DNA from: Neodothiora populina
Taxonomy: Eukaryota
Direction of reading: 5' to 3'
Length of the DNA: 64,000 nucleotides
Assembly (NCBI RefSeq): GCF_041146345.1
Contig: NW_027191414.1
Location: 806,001 to 870,000 of the forward strand
Below, in pieces: positions 1 to 12,988 of this stretch; the first letter of the stretch is position 1, and every line of letters starts with the position of its first letter. The notes under the pieces are model-generated. The model saw nothing but the letters and a program-made list of their open reading frames with translations, was not told the DNA's origin and ran no database searches. The position numbers and the translations under genes were made by a program.

Positions 1-1204
1 CATCGAGAATGAGGTAGCGGTTCTTGTGGTTGGTCTCTTCGCTACCGAGGATGTCATTGACGTAGAGAATATAGTCGCTGTCTTCATTGTCGTAGCCATC
101 GTTCTTGACGCCTTTGGACGGCTTTGTCAAGACTCGCCGCGGATTGCGCGAGCTCTCGTATTGGAAGCCCGGGTTGCAGATGCGGTAGGTCTGAGGCAGC
201 TGTGTCGTCAGGGCGTGCAACGGCGATATGAAACCACCCTCTGGGTTGGCACGTCTGAAGGCAGGCTGTGCATTGACTCGCGGACGGATGGAATTGAGGC
301 TTGTGATCTTTGAGAACTGAGGGAAAGGAGCTTCGGCGGGCGGTTGCTGCTGCTGCTGCGGAGTGTGAGATGAGCGCGACGAAACATCTCTGCCGAATGC
401 TGCGTTGAGCTGAGCAGTGGCCGACTGAGGATAGTAGGACTCGGGACTCATTGAACTCGACTGTAAAGGCGGCAGTTGGTTGGGATGATGTGCGCGCGTG
501 GGTGAAGTGTAGTTGTACGAGGGCTGCGACGGGGGCGCATTGTAGGAAGGTGGCCGAGTGGGCGAGGACTGAAGCGATGGCCGGTGATGGTGCTGTGGTT
601 GTTGCGACTGCGGTGCCTGTTGTGACTGCTGCTGTTGCGTCGGGTATGAGGAGGGGAGATAAGGAGTGGTCGGGCTGGTGTTCATTGGGCTGTATCGTCG
701 CGCAGCATGCGACGAGCCTCTCGACACAGACGCCATCGAAGACGCCTGTTGCGCGTATTTGTGTTTGTTGTACAAGTCGCCCTCGAAGTCGTCCATGACT
801 CGATCTCCATCGCCGTCTCCCTCGCCATTCGCTTGGGCTTGAGCATGTGTGGCATCCATTGCGAATGATGGCAGACGCAAGTGGTTGGCGCGCGTATCGC
901 TACTGCTGTGGCTGCTGGTGTCGTCGTTGTTGTTGTGACTGCTGTTGTTGTGGTTGCTATTCCTGCTACTACCACGGCTGCCACCCTTACTATTGCTACC
1001 ACTAGTATCACTGTTGCCGTAAGTATTGATACTAAGACTCTGGGCCAAAGGCAGCACAAGCCCCTGTGTCTCTCGTTGTTGTTGACGTTGTTGTTGTTGA
1101 TGTTGTTGTCGTTGTGGAGACAGGTAGTGGTGGTGGTGGTGGTGGTGGTGATGGTCGTTTGGTGACGATGATGTTGCGGCGCTACCGATTATGCTATCCG
1201 CCAT
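1..1204 (-). CDS. YAK1: DYRK-family Ser/Thr kinase Yak1, N-terminal part (runs off window start)
   Basis: Not in the ORF track because it has no stop inside the window. Manual translation from ATG 1204 is stop-free: MADSIIGSAATSSSPNDHHHHHHHHHY...FRRANPEGGFISPLHALTTQLPQTYRICNPGFQYESSRNPRRVLTKPSKGVKNDGYDNEDSDYILYVNDILGSEETNHKNRYLILD. This is the pre-kinase segment typical of fungal Yak1. Confidence 0.9.
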   Translation of the reverse strand, partial: MADSIIGSAATSSSPNDHHHHHHHHHYLSPQRQQHQQQQRQQQRETQGLVLPLAQSLSINTYGNSDTSGSNSKGGSRGSSRNSNHNNSSHNNNDDTSSHSSSDTRANHLRLPSFAMDATHAQAQANGEGDGDGDRVMDDFEGDLYNKHKYAQQASSMASVSRGSSHAARRYSPMNTSPTTPYLPSSYPTQQQQSQQAPQSQQPQHHHRPSLQSSPTRPPSYNAPPSQPSYNYTSPTRAHHPNQLPPLQSSSMSPESYYPQSATAQLNAAFGRDVSSRSSHTPQQQQQPPAEAPFPQFSKITSLNSIRPRVNAQPAFRRANPEGGFISPLHALTTQLPQTYRICNPGFQYESSRNPRRVLTKPSKGVKNDGYDNEDSDYILYVNDILGSEETNHKNRYLILD

Positions 1205-1419
1205 CAAAACATGCACTGTACTAGCAGTAGATGCACGCGGTGATGCTCAGGACGAATATACCTTGGCGACTTCTGAGAGCTTCGAAGCGCGGGTCGTGTA
1301 GAGCAGAGTAATTAGTGCAGACCAGGGCAGGGCAGAGCACAGCAGGCCGGGCGGCAACAGCAACAGTATTGGCAGCAGCTATAGTAGTGGCAGCAATACC
1401 TTAGTAACAGTTGCAGCAC

Positions 1420-1461
1420 AAGCAGAAGCAGAAGCAGAAGCAGAAGCAGAAGCAGAAGCAG
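1420..1461. repeat. (AAGCAG)7 microsatellite upstream of YAK1
   Basis: Seven perfect hexamer units read directly. Confidence 0.95.
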
Positions 1462-3072
1462 CCAAGGATAGCGAGGGAGCCGAGGGGTAGACCAAATGCC
1501 CCCCAAGCCACGCGTACCCTATCGTACTGACTACTACCTACTACCTTGTGAGATAATCACTGTATATGAACTATGAGACTCAAGGTTTTGAACACAGTGC
1601 TGAATGACGACCAAGTGCAAAGGGAACAATTGAAGATGGTGCAGGGCCTTGTCAGAGCTGCTGGTGGAAGATCACGAAACCCAGGAAAGAGGGATTGTGC
1701 GCTGTAATTCATGATATGACACCATTTGGCCTTGTCAAGGCTTGCCTAGTCCAGTCCAGTCCAATCCCTAGGCTGGTGGAGTGAGGGTACAGTAACAGTA
1801 AGGCGTGCGCTTTAGAAGTACTGGACCTTTACTGACTTGATACACTAATTCTAAATTCATCAAAGCATGCCATTGCTTGCGTCACCCACAAGCGCGCGCG
1901 CTGCGCACAGAGGGAGAGGAGAGCTTGCTGCTGTCACTTGATTACCTTACCTTATCGACTCTTGAGATATGCTGCGGTACATGCAGTATTCTCTATCGGT
2001 AGCATCGTTATCTACAGCTGCTCGGGCGAGTCGCTCGTAATCAATCATCTGCTCGAGATGGACTATAGACCTTAACGAGGTATACCTACAATGACAAGAA
2101 CACCTTGATATTTGCCGAATCATTTCCCTCCACTATACTAAGCATGATGATGATGATGACCACGGTGATCCGATGCGGCCCTACTTTACCCTGCCTGCCT
2201 TGCCCAACCCCCACTCTGTTCTATTCGCGACCTTGCACACCTCGCATTATTGGGCTGCCATGCACCTTTTTTTTATTAATATTACAGATGGCTGGTTAGC
2301 TGGCGGGTTTGTATCCACCCACACCCAACTAGCATAAAGGCGCAAAAAAACTCGCGGATGACTTGTGTGGGTAATGCTTGATTGTACCCATTCCTCGGTG
2401 GCTGTGGCTAGAATCAGTCAGTCCATCGAAGCAGATCCACGATATACCTGTACCATAGGTAATAGAGCATCATTGTCACATCATCGGGACGTTGTTTTCT
2501 TCCATAAATCTTCATACCATCCATCTATGCATATGTATATGAGTTGTCAAGTATCGAAGTGTATCTACATAGTTCTACACCAGAGTGTGTCTCCCTGTCA
2601 TCTTCAAAAACAAGAAGAGAGACAGGCAAAACTCGGTGATGGGACTCCGTAGTCTTTTATTTCCATTTTGCTGCCATTCGTGCGCCTGCCCTCCGTCTCT
2701 TTACCTGTATGAAGAAAATGGAGAAAGAGAAAGAAATGAAAGGTCCCTTTCCTGCCCAGAAGAAAAAACGCCAGAAGCAATGCAGATCAGAAATTGAAGG
2801 AGAAAAGGGAACGACCTCGAGAACTCTAGAGTATTGCGAGTGACAATCAGATAAAAGCAAGAAAAAATTGCGCGTATTAAAAAGGTCATAATAGTCGACG
2901 AGAGAACCCTTTCCGAGATTTGTTTGTTCACACGAGTGTTCCCCCTTCACCCCATCGTCTAATGATCCTGTACAGGAAAAATCGTCGTAGCCCAAGTTTG
3001 GTTCTGTTATCTCGGGCATCCTTTGTTTTTGCTTCTCCCTTCCAATAAGATATTGCTTGAAATTTGTGTTGA

Positions 3073-6000
3073 TCAACTAGCTCTCTTGCTGAATACCTCA
3101 ACTCCAAGTGTCGGGGTCTCGACATATTTATCGTCGGGCACACCCTCGTTCTTCCTGCGGTCAAAGAAGCTTTGACACTCCATGATGAGTACAGTCCACT
3201 CTGCCAGCGCTCTTCCTGCGTACTTAGAGTGTATCTTTGATTCACCCAATGGCTGCACAGCACCATGGACAAAGGAGTTGTCGTTTGCATCCTCAATGTT
3301 CAGACGCATGTATGCGTGTGCTGCAGCTGGTAGTCGAGGCGGCAGCAAGCGCATTGCCCCGGGTCCGTGATGCTTGTTGTAAAACTCAAGCGAGAATTTG
3401 AAGGACAGATTGTGGAACCTTGGCTGTGGGGCATGATGCGCATGTGTATGATGCGAGTGTGAACTCACGCCGGTGATCGTTGCTGCTGACGTACTCACTG
3501 TCTGGGCCGGTCCTCCATGGTGGCCGTCAGCCTTCACTTGCGCCGCTCCAGTGGGTAGCGGTGGTGTAGTGGTCATGGTGGGTGCGGATGCGACAGACAG
3601 TCTGTTCGCAGCGCGGGCTGGACCCCGCGACTTAGACCTGCTCTTGGATCCGCCCATGACACTTCGAAGGAAGCCGCGAAGGCCGCGCTCGCGCTCGCCT
3701 TCGTTGTCTATATCCGATGACGCTGCAGAGTTAGGTCGGGAATCTAGCTCGACAACAGGTGACAGCGTGGTGTGCCTCTTGAAGGCCACATTTGGACCAA
3801 TCAAGGACGGAGACGCATGTGGCAGCACAAGCCCGTCGAACGCCAGGAACGACCCACTTGGGGGGACCTGTGTGTCCGTTCGTACGATGAGCAGACGCCG
3901 TCCTGGGGCAGGATTGCAAGGAACAGTTGAGTGTCTCGGGCCTCGCCCCTGCTCGGCTTCTTCTCTTAGCCACAGATAGTGAGACCACACACTGCGCAAG
4001 CGAATGAAAAGTGTTTTAAGAATGAGTCTGTTCTTGTATTAGCTTTGTGGCAATGACAACCAGAGAAGCAACCTTACCTTGTCCTAGGAGAAGCCTCGCT
4101 ATCCCCATCATACCGTCCGACACGCCAGCAGAGAAGCCTCATATAGTATGCTCGGACCATTGGGCACCAATGGTTGAATGTCCTCTCGAAGATGGCTTCG
4201 TCGAGGAGCAAACCCAGACAGAGATCGGCTTTCCTTTCCGGATCCCCCGTAATGGTCTGCCAGCATGTGTACAAGAAAGCGTACAGCCGTACTTCGGTCA
4301 TGGTATTTTGACTACTGATCATCTTCTTACAGACGTCGAGCCAGAATTTGGAGTTGATCAGACCCGCATGCGAAGGTGCCATATGCTCGTATCGAACGAG
4401 GATCAAGAAGGACTCTTCAAGGAAATCGCAAAGTGTATAACAAGCCGAATGGTCATAAATAGATGACCTGCGGGCACAAGCCTGCATTAGATCGTTAAAG
4501 GAGACGGCGAATAGATGTCGAGCACGGGGATGCTCTGTCGCTCTGTCTGATAGGAAATCTCGAATTAACATTATTAGGCGGTTTTCCGCCATCACTCGGA
4601 TGGCATTAGTAGGTGGTAAAGGCAATGTCGACGCAACGGCATCCGGATCCGCCAATATATCATCGAAGTTGGCTGGAAGTCCAGCTAAGCCATCTCCAGA
4701 TGAGTGTCCAGCATCGCGGTGCACCGTTGAATCGAGGTTTGCTAGTATTTGTGCGTGCACAAGCAGCATTCCAGGGACACACATGTGTTCCTTTTTGGTT
4801 GTGTCAGGCGGAAGGTAGTCAGTGACTAGGATGTGGAAGTTCTTGACAAAGGCATAGAATAGATCACTTTCTCTTCCCAGCCATCTCTCTAGCCAGTATC
4901 CATACCATTGAATGTTGGCTGTGCCAAGTGGGAGAGTGATCTGAGTTCGAAGGTGTTTCAGCATCTTGCCGAGAGACACGAAACCCAGTTGCTGAATTGC
5001 TGGCGGAAACGCAGAAACTATATTCGCGGATAGCTCGTTGAGGTTCTCGAATTTGCCTACGTTATTCTCGTTGAGCACTCGCCGCATCGTGTCGACGGGT
5101 GTGTCCCACAAGCGGACAAGAACTTCGGCAATGCCAGGGCAGAAGAAGAAAGCATAAGCTGTTGCCTTGCCGCAGAATGTGACCAGACTCGCAGAAGCAT
5201 TTCTGAGAGACATTCTATCCACCACGAACCCCATTTGAGACTGAAGGTTCTGGACGAACATGTTTCGAACGTTGTGGTGGACGGACTCGGTCAAGAAGTC
5301 GACGCCGCTCGAGGCTAGCGAGGCTGATGATTTGTTCCTCGAGGTAGCAACTCCCATGCTCCTCCGGGTCAACGGGCATAATGGAGAAGGAGAGAGGCGC
5401 CACTCAGGCCGGTCCATGATGCCGGAAAGAGCATCCAGGATAGCAGGACGATCGGTTCCTGAGATGGACTGGTTATTCTTCCCGTGCAACATCTCTAACA
5501 AGGCTGTCCACCACTTGTTCAGGATGTTGGCCCGGCGGTCGAGATCCTCTGGACGAAGTGCGAAGCTCGATGGGTGTTCTGCATAGTTGCGGAGGAACGG
5601 CAATACCGAGCCTCTCACAACGTTGGCTTTGAGCGCACTCGACTTGGACTGGAACTTCGCAAAGTCACCATCCAAAGATCTGAATACACTCCAGAGTTCG
5701 TCTCGTTTTCTCGGAAGCGAAAGCGCTCCCAGACTGGCCATCTTCTCGCCCTGGACGATACGTGGTACAGGCGTCGAATGGTCGTGATGTACGGAGGGCA
5801 GCCTATCTGTCGAGAACGACTTTGGCAGGGACGGAACAGCTGGTACACTCTTGACGGCTTCCAGGGATGCTCTGACCGGAGATTCAGAGGGCATCGGCTC
5901 AGAAGGTGGCGGAGCCTTGGTGGACTTCCTCCTCAGAAGCGTGCTTCGCCTGAAGAGATTGCCGCCGCTGGGCTTGTTCTCGCTCGATTCATGATAGCTC

Positions 6001-6794
6001 TCGCGCTTCTTCAACACAGTCCTCCTACGAGCGGCAGAACCGACGGGCGGAGGGATTGGGGCGCCGTCATGCGCCGCCTCCACCTTCGTCGGTCCATCAG
6101 CATGGCTATCGACTTTGATGAATGAATTCGTTTTCGAACTCTTCGACGGAGAGGGCTCGCGGGAGCTGGGTGCGGAAGGAGAATATGAGAGCCTCCGACT
6201 GAGGCGTTTGGCGAACGAGGGTTGCAGGCGATCACTATTGGAGGCAGCGGGCGCAGCTGGCACTGTGGGAGGTACGGTAGATGGCTCGACCACTGCCGAT
6301 TGTGTAGGGGCATGCTGTGGAGCATCTGTCGAGTCGACAATCGACTTCAGACCGGCTGTGGCTTCTCTTGCGGAAGCATCGCTTCGTTCTTCGTGCGCGT
6401 TAGAAGAGTCTAGCCGTGACACAGAGATCTTTGGACTCTTGTGCAACTCTGCAACAAGGTCATGCGCCGAGTCGGTGTGGGTTCGTGCATTGTCACTGGG
6501 CGTGGTCCATCCTGATGACTGTGAGGGTGATGCATCAGCGCTGTCGTCGGCGGAAGCGATCAGGTCCTCCTCTGAGAAACTGCCTTTGATCGTGATGGGC
6601 ACTGAGGGTTTGCGGGCATAATCCTGATTTGCTGGGATGCTGGGCATGAAGGTGTAAGAAGCACTGCGAGGAAAGTCTGCGTTCCTCTGTTGTTGCTGGA
6701 CAATATTTTTCTCATGTCCTCTCGCAACCTCCCTGGCGGGATCCCATCCGGAACGTAGATCGTGACTGTTGTATACAGCAGTCATGGTTGACAT
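3073..6794 (-). CDS. Fungal DUF1765-family protein (Ahk1-like), ~1223 aa, 2 exons (6794-4078, 4027-3073)
   Basis: The 906-aa and 308-aa ORFs are joined in frame by a 50-nt intron 4028-4077 (GTAAGG...GCTAAT...CAG). Motifs ILNKWWTALL, FNHWCPMVRAYYMRLLCWRV and KYAGRALAEW...ECQSFFDRRKNEGVP fit this family. Confidence 0.8.
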
Positions 6795-8684
6795 GACCGG
6801 AACTACACTGCAGCAACAAGCAGCCTTGGCGAATTAAGGTCCGGAACGAGACAAGAGTCGAGAGATCTTCACGGCCGTGGTTCGTATCGGTAAAGGATAG
6901 TCGCACCTAGCATAGCGCCATGACTAAATACAAAAAAGAAACCACAGACGAGACAAAGGTTTGTTGGAGCGAGAGTGGTTGTTTGAACGAACGTGAGGGC
7001 AAAGCAGACTCCGGCAACGAGGGATAAGATGGGAAGGAAGCGTTATAGCAGAAAGCGGCGGCTAACGACCGAAATTAGGGAAATACGGTTGGAGTAAGTT
7101 CGCCCATCGGCAGGAGGGCGGAGTGAGTTTATGCCAACTCGAACACCCCTGCCCTCTACTTGCACGTACGCGGTCTGATCCACAGCCAGACGAGAGCCAC
7201 GACCAACATTCACGACAGGCAGCGGTAGGGAAAGCATGGACCAGTAGGTCTGGTCATGAGCATGGGTAGTCCTGCTAGCACAACTACAGTAGTTACTGTA
7301 CGATACACCGAGGGCAGGCCACGATCAAGCTGGAGAAAATTGGGACTAGATATGCAATCACCGTGAATCCTCTTTCTATGCAAGTCCTATAAAAGCAGAT
7401 CGCTTGACCACTAAGAATATCAATCATTGAATCTACTATTTGGTTCGTGCCGTCCGTCCGTCCGTCCGGGCAAGTCTGTTGTACGGGCACATACAGTACC
7501 TTACTGCACATAACTCGTCTATCAGTCTCTCTCCCGCAGAGAAGGTACAGTACTTGTATCTTATGCCATGTGCCCTGCATCTTCCCTCGCGCGGCAACGG
7601 GAACGGCGTTGGCAGAAAGTGTGAAGTCATTCATGGTTTTGATGTTATTTTCGGGAACTTCGTTACTAAGAGGCATAGCGCACTGGTTGGGTCGGGCGCA
7701 GTTCTGGCGTCTTTGCCTGCTCACTAAAGGCGTAGCCTTCCACTATCACAATATAGAAAGTCCCATCGGATAACCTTGGTTTTCCCACGACCTTCTCCGA
7801 CTACTGTCCTCAACTGTTTTTTAGATCCTGTCTGTGTGGACGTGTGGGTGTGCGCTGTCCTGGTGATCAGGCGCGTCGTTCGTTGCGCTGCTGCGTGATG
7901 ATACAATCCCCGTTACGAGAGACGCTGAACCCGTCGTTCACAACCTGATACAGCATTATATATAGAGGGGCGAGCGATCATGTGCGAAATACAGTACTAT
8001 CCAGACCCGCTTTCAATCTCTCTCGCCTGCACCTCCTATCATCTAAGAGTACATGTAGCTGTGTACATGGCACTGTACACCACAGTACACTATACTTTCC
8101 CCCTCTCCCGATCATGTATCACGTATCTTGGATGTTTTATATCCGCCTTCTGCCAATGGGCGAGTCGAGTGCAGGACCTGAAACACGGAGATGACGGGCT
8201 TCGGCTATTCTTTGGTTCAGCCTCTTTTTCTCTATTGCTATCAAATCTGGTTTGTTCAACGAAATCTGCTGATTCGGTGATTTCATTGCTCATTTCTGAT
8301 CTCCTCATCGCTTTTTTTTATCTGGTTCTCTTCGAAAAAATGTCTCAGCGGATCTGAACTTGCCGCTTAACGCCGCCCCCGCTAGCTGCAAAGCACAGCG
8401 ATATTTGATCATCGCGTACCTATAATACGGTGTGAAACCCCATTTTTATTTAGCAGATAGCGAGGCAGATTTCGGTACAGTTGACGTGAATGTCGATGCG
8501 CCTTGGCCGCCGCCGTGAAATCTTGATCTTTGGTTGTACGGAGTACGAGTATGCGCTACGGAAGGGATATCGGTTCATCACTACGGTACAAAGACTCGAA
8601 TGCACCCCGTTCTCGGATACAAAGAAACTCTACCGGTGGCGCTTCCTTTCTTTCTCTCCGTGTCGGTAGCTACCTAGTCTTGCC

Positions 8685-8690
<6 letters not shown>

Positions 8691-8714
<24 letters not shown>
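8691..8714. repeat. (CT)12 microsatellite
   Basis: Read directly. Confidence 0.9.
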
Positions 8715-8715
<1 letters not shown>

Positions 8716-9670
8716 CACACACATGGGTGATGCATACATACCTTACTGTTTATACATAGATGCCTGCATCCACCCATTACCCCCCACCCCATGCAGATGC
8801 ATGCATGCATGTACTGTATGCAGCATCGTGCATGCACATGTAGATATCTTACGCAAGCCCAAGCAAGTCTCCATCTGCTAATCCCTCAGCCGAAAAGCCC
8901 GAAACGACAAAAATGCCGTAGCGTCCTTTTCTGGGACTATTCCCTTTCGATTCTTCCTTCCCAATGCATCCAATCCAATTCAACCCCACACACCACAAGT
9001 ACCGAGCACGCATCCTGGTGACAAAAGGTGTCGCAGCCGTGTTCGGTAGTCGTCTTCGTCGTCGTCAGCACGAGTCTTGGCTATCAGGGAATGGACTGGG
9101 ATGGCTGATATGCTGCTGGTGGTAGTCGTGTTAATGCATTTCTTTTCTTTGTGTTTCCCTTTCTTGGTCGCGAGCCTGGGCCTGGTCCTCTTTCTGGCGG
9201 ACTTTGTCGAAGCGATGATGATCCTTGGCGGTCTGAAGCCCTATCTTAAGGTACCTTAGCTACAAGTATCTGTCTGGGAGATGATGGTCCTTTGATGCCA
9301 ACTTCGCGACCTGTCAGCCCGCGATGGGAATCGGGCCGATTCCTCTGGATCTCATCTTCTGACCGAGGCATATGCTGTATCTGATGGTCAATCTCGCTCT
9401 CCTCTCCGAACAGGAGGGGGTTTTCATGATTTAATAGGCAATCGATATAAGAGATGAAGGGGAGGGGAAAGGGCAGACGCCATTTTGTTATAACACGTGA
9501 ATTGTGCAATCAAGTTTACCATTGAATCCGTGCATCGTTGCTTTTTTTGTTGCAGTCTACCTGGAAATGCTAATAAAAACTTTCGGACAAACTTTCTTTC
9601 TTGCTCTACAACAGTGCAAGTAATATTGGAAAAAAAACGCCAGCCACCAGTCTGCGCTGTGACTCTACTC

Positions 9671-12353
9671 TCAAGACCTGATAGCATTACCCAAGACGCC
9701 TCCCTGGAATCCTTGACCACCTCGGCCACCACGGAGACCGCCACGGCCGCCTCTGCCTCCTCTGGCACCTCCGCGGCCGCCTCTTTGGCCGCCTTGCCTC
9801 TCGAAGGCGTTGGCTGTGCCCTGTGTCCTCTGCTCCAGCGTCCTCTCGTTGCTCTCGATGAGGCCGGATGCCTTGTCTGAGAGGGTGAGAGCCAAGCTCT
9901 GCAGTCTGCTGAGCTCGACACCCTTTCTGAAGATGATGGCGCTGTTGACCTGGTCGAGAGCAGCGGCGAGCTCCTCGTGGCTGATCATCTTGCTGACAAT
10001 GGCGGCGACCTTGCGCTCGGAAAGGTCGAACATGGAAGCCAGCTTGCCAACGGAGAGTGTGTCGTAGAATGGTGCGTAGGTGAAAAGGTAGGTGCGGAGA
10101 CCCTCCTCTTGGATCTGCTCCTCCAACATGGTCTTGATTTTGGGTGCTTGCGGCAAGAGTTCCCAGATCTTGATCGAAGTGATGAAGTCGGCGGCCTTTC
10201 GCCACTCGCCCTGGGCCAGAGCCTTTGATGCCTGCATGACGTGGTCACGGGTGTTCTCAGGGGGACCGGTGAAGATCTGGCGCTCGTGGTACTCCAACAT
10301 ACGTCTGTATGACTTGCTGATCACCCTCTTTCTGACGTCAGGCGAGGAGCCGACCTGAGCAAGAAGAGGAATCTCGAGAAGCATAGAGCAGGTAAGGTAT
10401 ACACACTCGAGCAACTCGAGGTTGATGTGCATGTGGAATGGAAGTTGACGCTGGCGCTCGAGACGCTCCTGCTCGGGGGTGATTTGAGAGTAACGCTGCA
10501 TCTGCAGACCTTGAGCCAAGAGCTCCTTTTGTCTCTGACTACCGCAGATCTCTTGTAGGGAGTTCTGGGCCTCGTAGACAAGACCAGCGCGGAAGGCACA
10601 GAGACCGACCTGGGTCAGCGTGCGGTTGAACAGGATCTGGGTGTTGACGTCGAAGCTGCCAATGGTCTCCTGGAGATGGGACATGAGCATCATATCGCGG
10701 GCCTTGTAGTATTGGTCGTGAAGAGCGAGGTGGTAGACCTGGCAAAGCATGGCGCGGGCGCGAAGGATGCCCTCACTGTGGGTGAAGAGGTAGGTGCAGA
10801 GGGTCGAGACGAGAGCAGTGGCGTCGACAGTGGTGGTGCGAGGAGTGATGGTGGAGTTAAGAGTGCTTGGTAGCTCGTTCCACGTCTTCTCCTCGAGGAT
10901 GTCGATGACCTGAGAAGGCTTGAAGTAGATGTGCTCCAGTCTACGCATGACAATGCGACTGGCGGTCTCGGGGACGGCCTCAAGCTTGGCGTCAGCAGTG
11001 AGACGCTCGGCGTAGAGCTGAGCGCGGACGATGTTGGCATATAGAGAAGCTTCGTCGCTGAGTCTCTCGACGTATTCGGCAGTGTGGGGGTCAATGGCCT
11101 GGAGGACACGGGTGAGCTCGTCGTCGAGTCTCTCAACGAAAGAGATGACGCTCCCGGGAATCTTGAAGGTCTCCTTCTCGTCGATGGTGGGTTGCTTGTC
11201 GTCATCCTCCCACTCCTCGGCGTTTTCGATGACGATCAGGTTGGGGCTGGCCTCGAGGATGCTGAGAAGACGAGCAATCTCCTGTTGAGCGGCCTTCCAC
11301 TGCTCCTGGCTCATCTGGTTGCCAGATCCGGCGTTCAGGTCAAAGCGGGTGGAGATGACGGTAAGGAGGACGCGGATTCTCTGGTAGTCGGAGACGGCAA
11401 CCTCGAGAAGCTTCTCCATGGTGCGGATCTGCTCGAGGCGGTCGGTGTTCTTGCGACCACGGGACTCGACAATGGTGCGGAGGTGCTTCAGGATGCTCTC
11501 GGGGGTGAAAGTCATGGCCTTGCCGCCGGCGCCGACCATTGTGAAGCCGTCGTCTTCGTCTCCAGCAGGAGCGTCGAATGCGGCGGCAGAAGACTTCTTG
11601 GCCTTCTTGGGTGCTGCAGCGGTGGGCTCCTCGACAATCTCATCCTTCATGAAGTCATCGGCGTTGTCACGGAAAGCCTTGATGTCGGACTCGTACTCCT
11701 TGTTGTTCTTGCGGATCTTTTGGCGCATAGCATTCAGACCCTTTGCGGCGGGCGGGCTGAGCTTCTTGGGAGTGACCTTTTGCTTCTCCACCGCCTCGAG
11801 CATGAGAGACTCGAGCTCGGAGATGGTCTTGATGTACATCTTTGGGGGCTTGCCGTTGTTGTCGCGGACGAGAGTTGGTAGTAATCGATTCATCTTGTCA
11901 AAGTCTAGTCGCAGAATGTCAGTGGTGCTCAGCGTCATGAATCAGAGGTCAAAGGCTAGACGCAGCATTGCGCGCCCGCGCAGTCGGCCGAAACGTGGTA
12001 TACGCACTGTCAGAGATGACACCCCAGTCGCTGATCTTGATGGCATTGTCGATGAGTTTGATGATAGACTCGAGCTCGTCGAAACGCTTGTCCTTTGCAC
12101 TCTTGACGATGGTGACTTTGTCCTCCTCTTCGCTGTCCGAGTCGTCTGAAGCCTCCTTCAAGAAGCGGTTGGCTCCCGTCTTTCCTCCTTCTTCATCGCT
12201 GGAATCACTGTCCTCGTCGTCGTCGTCCTCGTCCTCGGACTCTTCCGAAGAAGACTCCTGCTCGGACTTTTCTGCCTCCTCCTCGCTGTAAAGCTCTTCC
12301 TCGTCGGAGGAACCCTCGCTGGAGCTGTCGCTGCCGTAGAAAAAGCGAGACAT
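9671..12353 (-). CDS. NIP1: Translation initiation factor eIF3 subunit c, ~859 aa, 2 exons (12353-12008, 11904-9671)
   Basis: MSRFF start, acidic N-terminus, [33 protein letters not shown] domain and RGG tail; intron 11905-12007 (GTGCGT...ACTGAC...TAG) keeps frame. Confidence 0.95.
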
Positions 12354-12988
12354 GTTGGGCGACCGCTTGCTTTTGCCGGTGATTCGAGAGACCTCGTTGA
12401 TCTTGACCAGTAAATGCCTTGAATGAAGGGATGGCGGTGTGAGGTGAAAACAACAAGACGGCTGTAACAATTCCCAGGTTGCGGCGACGAACTTTCGCTG
12501 CCACTCACGGCCAGCCCACACTCAGATTTCGCGCCTGCCTGCTTTCTGCACGGCACTTGCCGCTCCTGCCCTTTCTCATCTTTCTCGTCTTTCTCACCCA
12601 CACCGCGTGCCAAGAGTTCGTCTGCGGGGCAGATGCCCTTTACCTTGAATCACTCTCCATTAAATCTGACCGATCATCAAATGGATTCAAGCATACTGTA
12701 TGTGCATTGTCGAATGAATTGTAGCGCTATCGATATCTATGAATACAAGTAAAACCCCTTTGCAGAGTCATCATAGCATCTTATTCACAGCTGTAAGAGG
12801 GACAATAATCGTAGGTCCAACTTGGTCTTGACCATTACTGTAGATACGGTAAGGAAGGTGCGAAAGCCCGGCAACACTTACATACCAACACTCGAGTGGC
12901 AACCATCAACCAAGCAAGATATCCCTCCTCTATCCACGTCCTGCATAACACAGCCACTACTGTAACAACACCTCATTCCACCGCCCCA

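Noticed and set aside
2363..2375. 13-nt perfect complement (TTGTGTGGGTAAT) to the 5' half of the RPL7 intronic snoRNA (19000-19012)
   Set aside because: It is intergenic and on the plus strand while both flanking genes are transcribed from the minus strand; probably chance
8791..8840. (ATGC)n-rich palindromic tract
   Set aside because: Short simple-sequence repeat with no evidence of function
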